A DNA stretch of 64,000 bases, taken from NCBI GenBank assembly GCA_903830945.1, contig CAIKVT010000058.1, forward strand, positions 75,487 to 139,486, written 5' to 3'. The translations under genes and the position numbers were made by a program. Under the pieces are notes generated by a model. The model had not been told where the DNA came from. It did not search any database and was given only the letters and a program-made list of their open reading frames with translations. Origin of the DNA: an uncultured Elusimicrobia bacterium. GTDB lineage: Bacteria > Elusimicrobiota > Elusimicrobia > UBA1565 > UBA9628. Shown piece after piece: positions 8,480 through 17,647 of the stretch (positions are counted from its first letter, which is position 1; every line of letters begins with the position of its first letter).

Positions 8480-9733
8480 ATGCACAACGAATCCCCAAGC
8501 ACCGAAGGCGCAAACATCCAATCGAACAACTTCCATGTCGCCAGCACTTGGGCGAGAGCGGCCGCCTGGTTTATCGATGGATTCGCCTGCTCTCTATTGC
8601 TCAGTCCATTGCTCGTCAGCCCCATAAAGGCTCTCCTGGCAGGTGATTCCGTGGTGCTCTCTCTCCCGAGGATCCTATCAGGGTGGGCCGTCGTATTCGT
8701 TTATGCAGTCGTTTTCAATAAACACAAGAATGCGACGCCCGGAAAGATGCTGTTCGGCCTCAAGATCATCCCCGTCGCGGCGGACCGGCTGGATCTGTCA
8801 TGGACGCAAGTCGTTCTAAGAAGAGCGACTGAGATGCTGTTGGGCCTGCCATTCTCATTAGCCCCTCAGGCGGTTGCGTTCTTCCGTCCCGATCGCAGGC
8901 AACTGGCAGATCTCGTGGCAGGGACACGCGTGGTTCAGGGATCTTCCAGGGGAAAGGATGCCAAGCCTCGCTGGATATTGGGCTCGCTGTGCATCATCTA
9001 TTTTGGGCTGACAGGCATTTCAAAATTTTTGATGACAGCCAGAAATATAACTCCCGACGGCCTTCGCATAACGCGATCGATGAGAGCACTCACGCCTGCC
9101 TCACGGACCGGGACTTCTTATCACTCTCCGGCTGAGGGGGATCCCACCGTCCCAGGCGTCAGCATCCGTCACAATCTTGACGCAGCCAAAGATATGGGCG
9201 AGGCCGCAGAGCTTTCCCGCAAGGCTTGCGACGCGGGAAGTGGTGAAAGCTGTTTCGATCTTGGCGTCATGTACACAAAAGGTCTCGGGGTGAGCAAAGA
9301 CATGGAGAAAGCCATGGACTTCTATCGCAAGGCCTGCGACATGAAGATCGGTCAAGGTTGTTTTAATCTCGGTGTCAAACACGCGATAGGCCCAGGCACA
9401 CCCGAAGACAGGAGGGAAGCCAGGGAGCTCTTCCTCAAGGCCTGCGATCTCGGGGAGGGCAGAAGCTGTATCAATCTGGGCAACCTGCATGAACAAGGAC
9501 AAGGTGTGCCCAAGGATATCGAAAAAGCATTGGTGTTTTATCGCAAAGCCTGCGATTTAGGGATGGCCGAGGGGTGCGACAAGACAAAACTCCTCAGCGG
9601 CAGACAGACGTCCGGCTTGACCAATAGACCGGACAACAGAGAGAGCAGCACCGACGAGATGAACTGCCCAATGGGGATGAAAGCCGTAGCCACCGGTAGT
9701 GCCTTCCAGCCCTGGAAATGCGTCTCTGAATAA
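8480..9733 (+). CDS. RDD-family protein with C-terminal Sel1-like repeats
   Basis: WARAAAWFID, TPGKMLFGLKI, RQLADLVAGTRVV; repeats of ACDxG..CxxLGxxY..G.GV.KD.EKA..FYRKACD; start uncertain. Confidence 0.82.
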   Translation: MHNESPSTEGANIQSNNFHVASTWARAAAWFIDGFACSLLLSPLLVSPIKALLAGDSVVLSLPRILSGWAVVFVYAVVFNKHKNATPGKMLFGLKIIPVAADRLDLSWTQVVLRRATEMLLGLPFSLAPQAVAFFRPDRRQLADLVAGTRVVQGSSRGKDAKPRWILGSLCIIYFGLTGISKFLMTARNITPDGLRITRSMRALTPASRTGTSYHSPAEGDPTVPGVSIRHNLDAAKDMGEAAELSRKACDAGSGESCFDLGVMYTKGLGVSKDMEKAMDFYRKACDMKIGQGCFNLGVKHAIGPGTPEDRREARELFLKACDLGEGRSCINLGNLHEQGQGVPKDIEKALVFYRKACDLGMAEGCDKTKLLSGRQTSGLTNRPDNRESSTDEMNCPMGMKAVATGSAFQPWKCVSE

Positions 9734-9756
9734 GCCATCCCAATTTTACCCACTTG

Positions 9757-9794
9757 GCTTGCAGGTAGGATAAGCCCGCTTCGGGCTCGCCGCC
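9757..9794 (+). repeat. 38-bp REP-like hairpin repeat, copy B
   Basis: gcttgcaggtaggataagcccgcttcgggctcgccgcc, 37/38 identical to 5673-5710. Confidence 0.85.
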
Positions 9795-9819
9795 TTCCCC
9801 TCAACGGCTGCGCCCAGTC

Positions 9820-9897
9820 GCATGGTATCGCAAAGCCGCCAATCAAGGCAATGCCGAAGCGAAAAACAAAATCGCCGAATTAGAGCGCACCAAATAG
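9820..9897 (+). pseudogene. C-terminal remnant of a Sel1-repeat gene
   Basis: Translates to AWYRKAANQGNAEAKNKIAELERTK-stop (Sel1 consensus WYRKAAxQG..EA); no start codon seen. Confidence 0.6.
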
Positions 9898-10187
9898 GAC
9901 ACCACTTCCGGGGTTGGGCTCAACCCGAGTCATTTCTGCAGGCTCTTGAGAAAGGCCATCAACCCTGGCCGGTTATGCCAAGAGTGCGCTCTTCCTAAAT
10001 CGTGGACTTCGCAGGAATTTGGGGCCTTAGCTTTCGTCTCGAGGTCTACCCGGCGTAAATGTTTATCGTATCGAGGGAGACAGCCCGAGCCAAGCGCGAA
10101 TTGTATTTATATCGACACGATTGAGAAAAACTCGATCTGAAGCGGCGCGGCCCGCGATACTTGCCCTGCCGCTATTTCAGCGCACCC

Positions 10188-11102
10188 CTACTTGCAGTCT
10201 TCCGGACAGTTGCACTTGTTCTCGAACTTCTCGTCGCAGCCCCCATCGCCGCAGGCCAGGCATATCCCGGCGTAGCCGCCGATCGGCTGACCGCAGGCGG
10301 CCGCCACTGTCCTCTCGACAAGGCCCGCGCAGCATTGCGGGATGGTGTTATACCCCGGGCCGTTCGGCACGGGGGCTTCGCCGAGCTTCTTGCAGTTGGA
10401 GGGGGCCGAGAGGGCGCGCTTCCGGGCGCTCCAGGACTCGAGGACGCGGAATCCGGACTTGAAATCATTCAAGCCCTCGCGGCTCGGAGCCGGTGCAGGC
10501 GCCGGGCCCGCGCGCGGAGCGCTTACGAGCGCCAGGTACGTCGTCGCGTCATGGTCGAAGAGGGCCATGACGATGCCGTCGTAGTCGACCAGGCCCATCG
10601 GCTGTTTGAGGAGCCACGGGGTCCTGGCGAACTGCCGGCCCCAGGACGCGATGTCCTTGTCGTCGCCGAGTTTCTTCGCCAGGCAAGAGCCAGGGCTGCC
10701 CGATTTTAAATCAAGGACCGCGTAGGGCTTGCCCGCGATGAAGGCCCAGGTCTGAAATCGCGAGGCGCCCTTAAGGAGTGCTTTCAGCCCCGCCGGGTCC
10801 TGCGCGGAGAGACGTCTGAACTCATCATCCTGCAGGTGATGTGTGGGCATCGGCACACCTAAGGAGATGTCTCCTTCATCGAGCGAGAGCCTGTCCCGTC
10901 TTGCCCAATCGACGATGCCGGGGCGCATCTTCTCATAGCACTTGCGGGCTTCCTGGGTCGGCGTCGCCGCTGACACGCGCAGCGGCAGTCCGAGCAGGAG
11001 CGCCAAGCCGCAGGTCAGGGCAGCCAAGGCGATGCCTCGAAGCCGCAGCTTAGCGCCTCGCCACGCCGGCCAGATGGTCCAAAGCCTCGCGCAGCCCCTC
11101 AT
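10188..11102 (-). CDS. Secreted hypothetical protein with Cys-rich C-terminal domain
   Basis: Signal-like GIALAALTCGLALLLGLPLRVSA; C-terminal CCAGL...CLACGDGGCDEKFENKCNCPEDCK; start uncertain. Confidence 0.65.
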   Translation of the reverse strand: MRGCARLWTIWPAWRGAKLRLRGIALAALTCGLALLLGLPLRVSAATPTQEARKCYEKMRPGIVDWARRDRLSLDEGDISLGVPMPTHHLQDDEFRRLSAQDPAGLKALLKGASRFQTWAFIAGKPYAVLDLKSGSPGSCLAKKLGDDKDIASWGRQFARTPWLLKQPMGLVDYDGIVMALFDHDATTYLALVSAPRAGPAPAPAPSREGLNDFKSGFRVLESWSARKRALSAPSNCKKLGEAPVPNGPGYNTIPQCCAGLVERTVAAACGQPIGGYAGICLACGDGGCDEKFENKCNCPEDCK

Positions 11103-12024
11103 GCACGGCCTTGACCGCCGCCGGCTTCCAGGAGCTCTGGGCCTCGCGCAGGAATGACGTCTTGTCCACCCGGTTGTCGAAGCGCGCCACCGGGAGGTGA
11201 TAGGTCTTGCCGTGCGCCTTGACGGTGACGGTCCCGGGCTGCTCCGAATTCTTGAGCAGCCACTCCATGTCGTCCTGACCGTAGTCGTTGAGCATGACCT
11301 CGATGGGCACGCCGTGGTGTAGGATCGACCCTGGGTCCTTCGGGTTGCTGCGGGCTTGGTTCTTGCGGCGCGATTCCTCGGGAGTCACCCAGATGTAGAG
11401 GATGGCGGCCGTTTCGAGTAGCTTGGGCGAGAGCCGGCCCAGAGAATATCGGTAGCCGAATGGCTCGGCCAGGGGCTGCTGGGCGTTGAGCGGGCCGCCC
11501 CGGGCGAATTCGATGACTAAAGTCTTGCTATCGAAAGTGTCGGGATAGCTCTCCTGCTTCTCCTTGATCATCTTGCTGGCTTCTGTCTCCAGGGAATCAG
11601 CCAGCTTTATCCTGTGGGATTTATCGAGTTGTCCCAGCCGCGCCGGGGCGCCGACTTTGACTGAAGCGCGGTCGAAGCGGTCCAAGAGGTCCAAGGTCGC
11701 GGATTTTGGATTGAGGAATCTCTTGCGCAGCAGGTCCTCGTGGTCCTCATTGATCAGCTCGATCAGTGTGCCCCAATCCAGGGCATTGCGGAAGGGATGC
11801 TCCGGGGATTGGAAGAACACACGTTCATGGCCCATGCTCACCAGTTCGTCGTCGACGCGCCGCATCATGTGCACGTAAGGGAAATCGTCGAGCTGCACGC
11901 TGTTGCCCATGTGGAAGTCCTGGCGCCGCAAGTCCGCGGGCATCAGGTCCAGATAACGACGCACCTCGGATTTTCCCGAGGCGGGCAGGGCGAGCAGCAG
12001 GACGGTGTCGAGGACCTTGTTCAT
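11050..12024 (-). CDS. Conserved hypothetical P-loop (kinase-like) protein
   Basis: N-terminal Walker A-like LLALPASGKS, VIEFARG, ILYIWVTPEESRRKN; GGAGG RBS; ATGA overlap with upstream gene. Confidence 0.75.
   Translation of the reverse strand: MNKVLDTVLLLALPASGKSEVRRYLDLMPADLRRQDFHMGNSVQLDDFPYVHMMRRVDDELVSMGHERVFFQSPEHPFRNALDWGTLIELINEDHEDLLRKRFLNPKSATLDLLDRFDRASVKVGAPARLGQLDKSHRIKLADSLETEASKMIKEKQESYPDTFDSKTLVIEFARGGPLNAQQPLAEPFGYRYSLGRLSPKLLETAAILYIWVTPEESRRKNQARSNPKDPGSILHHGVPIEVMLNDYGQDDMEWLLKNSEQPGTVTVKAHGKTYHLPVARFDNRVDKTSFLREAQSSWKPAAVKAVHEGLREALDHLAGVARR
11063..11098 (+). repeat. Right att-like direct repeat, within the 3' end of the P-loop gene
   Basis: acgccggccagatggtccaaagcctcgcgcagcccc vs 3573-3608 (34/36). 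Confidence 0.85.
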
Positions 12025-13121
12025 GACTTGACCTCCAGGGGTCGCATTGGGATCTCGTTGGCCTTGGCCAGCTCGAAGACGCGCTTCTTCTCGGCCAGCG
12101 AGAGGAAGCCTACGGCTACCAGGATGAGCGCCAGCGAGCACCAGTCCGCCGGGCTCGGGAACTTGGCGCCGAAGATGAAGAAGGAGAGCAGCGTCGCCGT
12201 GGTGCCGGCTACCAGCGAGGTCAGGCGATTGACCAGGCCGGCGAAGGTGGCCGTGCGGCCTTTGAACATGAAGATGAAGACCGAGAAGAAGGCCACCATG
12301 CCGTAGACAGCGCCCGCGCCGGTGGCGGGAAACCAGCGGGGGTGGATATGTCTCAGGGCGGCGTGGAACTCGAGTACGGGCCGGGCCGAAGACGAGCTGG
12401 TGAATAGGCCGAGCGTGATGAGGGCCATGGCTACGGAGGCCGAGATCTGTTCGATGGAGAAGAACCACTTGTTGTCGAGCGGCGCGCCCTTGGGCCGGGT
12501 GTTCTTGTAGTAGTTCATGATGTAGATGCGCAGCGCGTAGGCGCAGATGTAGCTCGACAGCACGGCCATGGCCGTGCTGTTCTTGAGGAAATCGAAGTCT
12601 TCGCTGCGGGCCAGGAAGACTTGCGTGGCGGCCGCGGCTACGGCGAAGACCACCGCCACATTCTCTTCCCAGTACACCTTTTTATGCAGGATGCCCTGGC
12701 GGATCTGCGCCTCGTCGACCAGGCGGCTGATGACGATGACGCTGGCCCGCATGATGACCATGGCGACCATCACGGACTTGAGCAGCATGTACATCAAGGT
12801 CGTAGTCGGGATGACCACGGCCGTGCACACGCCCGAGGGGATGATGTAGGCGCATTCCGCGGGCAGACGCAGCGGGCCCAGACGCACGAAGCGGTCGGTC
12901 TTGGTGCGGTACCACCCCGCGGCCAGCACCACGATCAGGCAGATGAGCGAGCCGCCCAAGGTGCTCCAGACCAAAAACTCCATGTCCGTCATGGCCGGCG
13001 TCACTATGGCGTAATGGCCTGTGAAGCACTTGGTGGCCACGCCGAAGATGACGTAGAAGAAGTAGTAGGCCAGGCAGAGCTGGACCAGGCGGCCGGTGGA
13101 GCCTTCAGCGGTCTTCCACAT
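12021..13121 (-). CDS. Polytopic membrane protein (about 10 TM, DMT-like transporter?)
   Basis: Many hydrophobic segments; translationally coupled to fumarase and to the P-loop gene. Confidence 0.7.
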   Translation of the reverse strand: MWKTAEGSTGRLVQLCLAYYFFYVIFGVATKCFTGHYAIVTPAMTDMEFLVWSTLGGSLICLIVVLAAGWYRTKTDRFVRLGPLRLPAECAYIIPSGVCTAVVIPTTTLMYMLLKSVMVAMVIMRASVIVISRLVDEAQIRQGILHKKVYWEENVAVVFAVAAAATQVFLARSEDFDFLKNSTAMAVLSSYICAYALRIYIMNYYKNTRPKGAPLDNKWFFSIEQISASVAMALITLGLFTSSSSARPVLEFHAALRHIHPRWFPATGAGAVYGMVAFFSVFIFMFKGRTATFAGLVNRLTSLVAGTTATLLSFFIFGAKFPSPADWCSLALILVAVGFLSLAEKKRVFELAKANEIPMRPLEVKS

Positions 13122-14809
13122 CAGGAGCCTCTGGGCGCGGGATGCAGCGGCAGGGGCTTGGCCGCCGCCAGGGGGCAGAGGTTGCGGTAGAAGTCGTTGC
13201 CCTTGTCGTCGATGAGGATGAAGGCCGGGAAGTCGACGACATCTATGGAGTAGACCGCCTCCATGCCCAGCTCAGGGTATTCTAGAAGTTCGACTTTCTT
13301 GATGCATCGCTGTGCCAGTACCGCGGCTGGGCCGCCGATAGTGCCCAGGTAGAAGCCGCCGTGCCTTTTGCAAGCCTCGGTCACGACCGGGCTGCGGTTG
13401 CCCTTAGCGATCATGACAAGAGACGCCCCGTGATCCTGGAAGAGGTCCACGTAGGAGTCCATGCGGCCGGCCGTGGTGGGGCCCAGCGAGCCCGAGGCCT
13501 TGCCCGGAGGTGTCTTGGCCGGGCCGGCGTAGAGCACGGGATGGTCCTTGAGGTATTGCGGCAGGCCCTCGCCGCGGTCGAGGCGTTCCTTGAATTTGGC
13601 GTGGGCGATGTCGCGCGCCACGATGATGCGGCCGCAGAGCGAGAGCCGCGTGGCGACCGGATGCTTGGAGAGCTCGGCCAGGACCTCGGTCATGGGCCGG
13701 TCGAGGTCCACGCGGATCGCTTCATCGGCGCCCTTGCGGCGCTGCGCGGCCGGGATGAGTTTCTCGGGATGGCGCTCCAGGGCCTCGAGCCAGATGCCGG
13801 ACTTGTCGATCTTGGCGAGCATGCTGCGGTCCGCGGAGCAGGAGACGGCCATCCCCACTGGGCAGGACGCGCCGTGCCGGGGCAGGCGGATGACGCGCAC
13901 GTCGTGGGCGAGGTGCTTGCCCCCGAACTGGGCGCCGAAGCCGGACTTACGCGCGGCCTCCAGGAGCTCGTTTTCCAGGCACAGGTCGCGGAAGGCCCGG
14001 CCGTGGCTATCTCCGCTGGCGGGAAGGGCGTCGTAATAGCCGGTCGAGGCGAGTTTGACGGTCTTAAGACAAGCGTCGGCCGAGGTTCCGCCCACGACGA
14101 AAGCGATGTGATACGGCGGGCAGGCGGCGGTGCCCAGGGATCTCATCTTCTCGGTCAGGAACTTCTTCAAGGATGCGGGGTTGAGCAGGGCCTTGGTCTC
14201 CTGATAGAGCACGGTCTTGTTGGCCGAGCCCCCGCCCTTGGCTATGAAGAGGAACTTGTACTCCATGCCCGGCGTAGCGTAGATGTCGATCTGGGCGGGC
14301 AGGTTGTTTCCGGAGTTCTTCTCCTCGTACATGTCCAGGGCTACGGTCTGTGAGTAGCGCAGGTTCTCCTGGGTGTAGGTCTGCCAGACGCCGCGCGTGA
14401 GCCATTCTGCGTCATCGGCCCCGGTCCAGACGTTTTGACCTTTCCATGCCGTGATGGTGGCCGTGCCGGTGTCTTGGCAGAAGGGGAGTTCGAACTCGGC
14501 GGAGATGACGGAGTTCTCCAGCATGGCGAGGGCCACGAACTTGTCGTTGGCCGAGGCTTCGCGATCTTTAAGGATGGCGGCTACTTGGCGCTGGTGCGCG
14601 GGGCGCAGCAGGAAGGAGATGTCGCGCATGGCTTCTTTGGCGAGCTGCGCCAGGGCCTGGGGTTCGACTCTCAAGATGGGTCGGCCTTCGAATTTGGAGA
14701 CGCTGATGCCGGTCTTGGTCAGCAGGCGATACTTGGCGCGGTCCTTACCGAGCGGGAAGGGGGGGTGGTATTCGAATCGAGCCGCCGGAGTGGGCCTCGC
14801 ACGCTTCAT
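13121..14809 (-). CDS. fumA: Class I (Fe-S) fumarate hydratase
   Basis: [55 protein letters not shown]. Confidence 0.96.
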   Translation of the reverse strand: MKRARPTPAARFEYHPPFPLGKDRAKYRLLTKTGISVSKFEGRPILRVEPQALAQLAKEAMRDISFLLRPAHQRQVAAILKDREASANDKFVALAMLENSVISAEFELPFCQDTGTATITAWKGQNVWTGADDAEWLTRGVWQTYTQENLRYSQTVALDMYEEKNSGNNLPAQIDIYATPGMEYKFLFIAKGGGSANKTVLYQETKALLNPASLKKFLTEKMRSLGTAACPPYHIAFVVGGTSADACLKTVKLASTGYYDALPASGDSHGRAFRDLCLENELLEAARKSGFGAQFGGKHLAHDVRVIRLPRHGASCPVGMAVSCSADRSMLAKIDKSGIWLEALERHPEKLIPAAQRRKGADEAIRVDLDRPMTEVLAELSKHPVATRLSLCGRIIVARDIAHAKFKERLDRGEGLPQYLKDHPVLYAGPAKTPPGKASGSLGPTTAGRMDSYVDLFQDHGASLVMIAKGNRSPVVTEACKRHGGFYLGTIGGPAAVLAQRCIKKVELLEYPELGMEAVYSIDVVDFPAFILIDDKGNDFYRNLCPLAAAKPLPLHPAPRGS

Positions 14810-14815
14810 GATGGG

Positions 14816-14826
14816 ATTCTACAATA
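14816..14826 (-). promoter_or_regulatory. -10 element (TATTG-TAGAAT) 6 nt before the fumA ATG; likely leaderless mRNA
   Basis: Minus strand reads ttttattgTAGAATcccatcATG with no Shine-Dalgarno. Confidence 0.55.
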
Positions 14827-14930
14827 AAAATCGGGCCGCCGTTCTCGCCGGCCAGATCGCTCCAAGGAATGGAGCTGGGGATGGTAGGGCGCCGGGTCGT
14901 TCGTCCCGGCCTGAAGCGGCGAAAGTGATG

Positions 14931-17486
14931 TTATTTCCATGATAAACCATGAAAAAAATAGGATAGCGTTCTCGCTTCGATAATTGCGATATCCTTGAGG
15001 AAATCCCAGATCATCCTTAAGGTTACCGGTGATTCCGAGCGGGCTTTCGCCGAGATGAGCCAGCTGGCCCCATGGCTTGCGACATAACCTAAGAATGCCC
15101 CGATATATATCTCATTGGCGGAGACATGTTGCCGTCGGCCTTCGACATCGCGTTTTAGCTGGGTGTTGACGTCTTGGAGTTCCGCCTCGAGGAACATTTT
15201 CGACCGATTGAACAGCAGGAGCTCCCTCGGCACGGGGAATCCGCGGCTGTGGGCCGAGGCGATTAAGTTGGAGACCCTGTCGCTGAGATTCAAGTCGCGC
15301 CGGTAGAGGTCCTGGAGATAATCGGAAAACGATGCCGCGGCGCGCAGCGGCAATATGCCCATGTCCTCAAGGGCCTTCACGGTATGCTCGGTTGAGCGCG
15401 TTGCCGCGCTCAGCATCATCGCCGCCAGTCCACGGCGTAAGGGCAATGTGAAAGAGCCGCAATTGCCGAAATCGATCAAAGTCAGGAGATCGGGCGACTT
15501 GGCGTCGGGGCCGGCTTCCAGGAAAATATTTCCTGGGTGAAGGTCGGCATGGAAGAAACCGCTGCCGAAGATCGCCTCCACGAACCAGATCCTGAGCAGG
15601 CGGGCCAGGGCGTTTTCCAACGCTGGGGTTCTTTCGCTCTTCGCGATCCGGGAGAGTTCCCGGCCCGGCGCCAGCGTGATGACCAGCACGTCCTCTTTGA
15701 CCGGCACGCCTTGAGCCAAGCCGACTGCGTTGATGCCCTGTTCTGGTTTCTGGTAAACCCGGGCTAAGCTCATGTTGGCCGCTTCTCTTCGGAAATCAAT
15801 CTCTGCGGCGAGCACCTCCTTTGTTTCGTCCACTAGGTTGGCGAAGTTTTGGTCTGCCGTGATCTTCCGGAGCAGCGTTATTTCCTTGGCGACTTGACGC
15901 TTGATGCCCGGACGTCGGACCTTCAAAACGACTGGTTCGCCGGTCCCCTTGAGTTTGGCTCGGTGTACTTGCCCTATGGTGCCGGCGGCTAGGGGTTGAT
16001 CGCTGAAATCGAAGAACAGATCGTCGATAGGACGGCCTAGGCTCCGGGTGACCTCTTGCTTCGCGGTTTTGGGATCGAAAGGCTGGACTTGTGACAATAA
16101 CCGGCTCATGACCCGCCGGATATGGGGCGAGGTGGAGCGGCTGCCCGCCAGTTGGAAGAATTTCTGCATGACCGGGCCCATCCTTTGGACGATGGCCGCC
16201 AGCTGCATCTCCGAGGATGAGTCGGGCGGCAGGCGCAGAAGGCACAGGATCATTTCCCGTTTGTCCGTGCAGGACATGTGTCGGAAATACTCCAGTAGGA
16301 TCTTGGCGAGGGTCTGCGCGTTGAGCGCGGGATATTCCGGTATGCTCAGTGAATCCGCTTGGCCGGCCAAGAGGAGCACGATGTCCGTCTCTCCGAGGTC
16401 TAAATCGGCGATCTGCTCGTTGATGCCGTTGGCCAGCTCCGTGAAAGGACGGTCCCCCAGCCAGCCGAGTATCTCCAATCTCTCTCGGGGGGGCGCTTGG
16501 GCGAATTCGTGGGCCATGCCGAGAACGGATTGTTTATACAGTTTGCGCGCAAGCGGCAGCCGGGCGATAGGCGGCATGTGCCACTGGGCCGCCAGCTCAT
16601 CGAGCAACTTCCAAAAGCAGTGATACAGCGAGTCCGTGGATTTGTCGGCGAAAGGGAATGTTTTTTGCAGGTCAGCGTTTTTTGAGAAAGTTTTGGGCGA
16701 CCAGCCCTGGGCGAGTCGGACGAGGACTTCCGGGTATTTGGCGAAAGCTACGCGCATCCCTTGGGCGCGCCTCGCCGGCTCCCGCCCCGAGGCGGACACG
16801 GCCTCTTCGAGAAATGAGCGGATGATCTTCGCGTCATTTTGTCCCTCGGGGCGATTGAAAAGTCCGGCAGCCTTATGTCTGGGCTCGGCGTGATCGCCGG
16901 TCTGAGCCGGGGCGGGTCGTGAAATCCTCGTCGCGTCGGCTGCGGGACGGCCGGTGGCGCCTTCCAAGACGCGTTGGAGTTCGGTGCCGCTCTGGCGCAG
17001 GCTGGTCGCGGATGAATCTCGGCTCGCGACGATATCCAACTGCGGCGCGGCTTGCGCGCTTAAGCCGCTGACCGTGGAAGCCAGCCTGGTCCTGGCCGAG
17101 GGGACCGCCGGTGATCCGGGAATGGCGCTGGTGGGGAGCGCTGCCGGGTTGCTTGGACTGGGGCTTATTTTCGGGACAAGGCCGTCTTGCAATGGAGCGG
17201 CTAAGACTGGCATCTGGCTGATGGGGGAGACCGGCGGGGCGACGCCTATGGACGATGAGTTGGAGAGGCTGGCAGGGGAGAGTCGGGGGCTGCCGGGATT
17301 GGCATGCAGGAAGGACACTTTGGATTTCCCGGTTTTTCCGGCGATCGCGGAGCCGGTGCCCAAGATCGGTATGCTGGCTATTGAGCCGGAGGCTGCGTAG
17401 CACTCCAGGCCGGGAGAAAACAGGATCAGTGCGAGGCTGAGCGCTGAGCTAGTCGATGCTTTGCAGAGTCTTCGGGTCTTAGACAT
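14931..17486 (-). CDS. AarF/ABC1/UbiB-family atypical kinase with long N-terminal leader
   Basis: MGPVMQKFFQ, PLAAGTIGQVHRA, VVLKVRRPG, EIDFRREA, GFFHADLHPGN, LIDFG. Confidence 0.9.
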   Translation of the reverse strand: MSKTRRLCKASTSSALSLALILFSPGLECYAASGSIASIPILGTGSAIAGKTGKSKVSFLHANPGSPRLSPASLSNSSSIGVAPPVSPISQMPVLAAPLQDGLVPKISPSPSNPAALPTSAIPGSPAVPSARTRLASTVSGLSAQAAPQLDIVASRDSSATSLRQSGTELQRVLEGATGRPAADATRISRPAPAQTGDHAEPRHKAAGLFNRPEGQNDAKIIRSFLEEAVSASGREPARRAQGMRVAFAKYPEVLVRLAQGWSPKTFSKNADLQKTFPFADKSTDSLYHCFWKLLDELAAQWHMPPIARLPLARKLYKQSVLGMAHEFAQAPPRERLEILGWLGDRPFTELANGINEQIADLDLGETDIVLLLAGQADSLSIPEYPALNAQTLAKILLEYFRHMSCTDKREMILCLLRLPPDSSSEMQLAAIVQRMGPVMQKFFQLAGSRSTSPHIRRVMSRLLSQVQPFDPKTAKQEVTRSLGRPIDDLFFDFSDQPLAAGTIGQVHRAKLKGTGEPVVLKVRRPGIKRQVAKEITLLRKITADQNFANLVDETKEVLAAEIDFRREAANMSLARVYQKPEQGINAVGLAQGVPVKEDVLVITLAPGRELSRIAKSERTPALENALARLLRIWFVEAIFGSGFFHADLHPGNIFLEAGPDAKSPDLLTLIDFGNCGSFTLPLRRGLAAMMLSAATRSTEHTVKALEDMGILPLRAAASFSDYLQDLYRRDLNLSDRVSNLIASAHSRGFPVPRELLLFNRSKMFLEAELQDVNTQLKRDVEGRRQHVSANEIYIGAFLGYVASHGASWLISAKARSESPVTLRMIWDFLKDIAIIEARTLSYFFHGLSWK

Positions 17487-17630
17487 CTTGATTTTTCATG
17501 CCTACAATAATATAGATTCGTGCGCAGGACGATGGTTGGGCCAAGTGGGCCTTTAACTGAAGAAAAATGGCCTATTCCAGACTGGAGCGATTGGCCCGTT
17601 CACCCAGCATCAGACATGCCGGCCGAGTCC

Positions 17631-17641
17631 TTTTGTAGAAT
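17631..17641 (+). promoter_or_regulatory. -10 element (TTTTG-TAGAAT) 6 nt before the addA-like GTG; likely leaderless mRNA
   Basis: ttttgTAGAATttctccGTG with no Shine-Dalgarno. Confidence 0.55.
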
Positions 17642-17647
17642 TTCTCC

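Larger units (their letters stand above)
3573..11098. mobile_element. Putative decayed integrative island (~7.5 kb) inserted in the 3' end of a P-loop protein gene; no intact integrase seen
   Basis: Flanking direct repeats 7490 bp apart, excisionase-like HTH next to the left repeat, HEPN/MNT pair, visibly more AT-rich cargo, gene fragments. Confidence 0.7.

Noticed and set aside
5673-9794. Integron attC sites / cassette array
   Set aside because: Repeats lack RYYYAAC and GTTRRRY boxes, cargo genes are on both strands and there is no intI.
12025-12468. Upstream part of the 472-aa ORF 11050-12468
   Set aside because: Out-of-frame overlap with the membrane protein gene; RBS and ATG at 12024 fit better.
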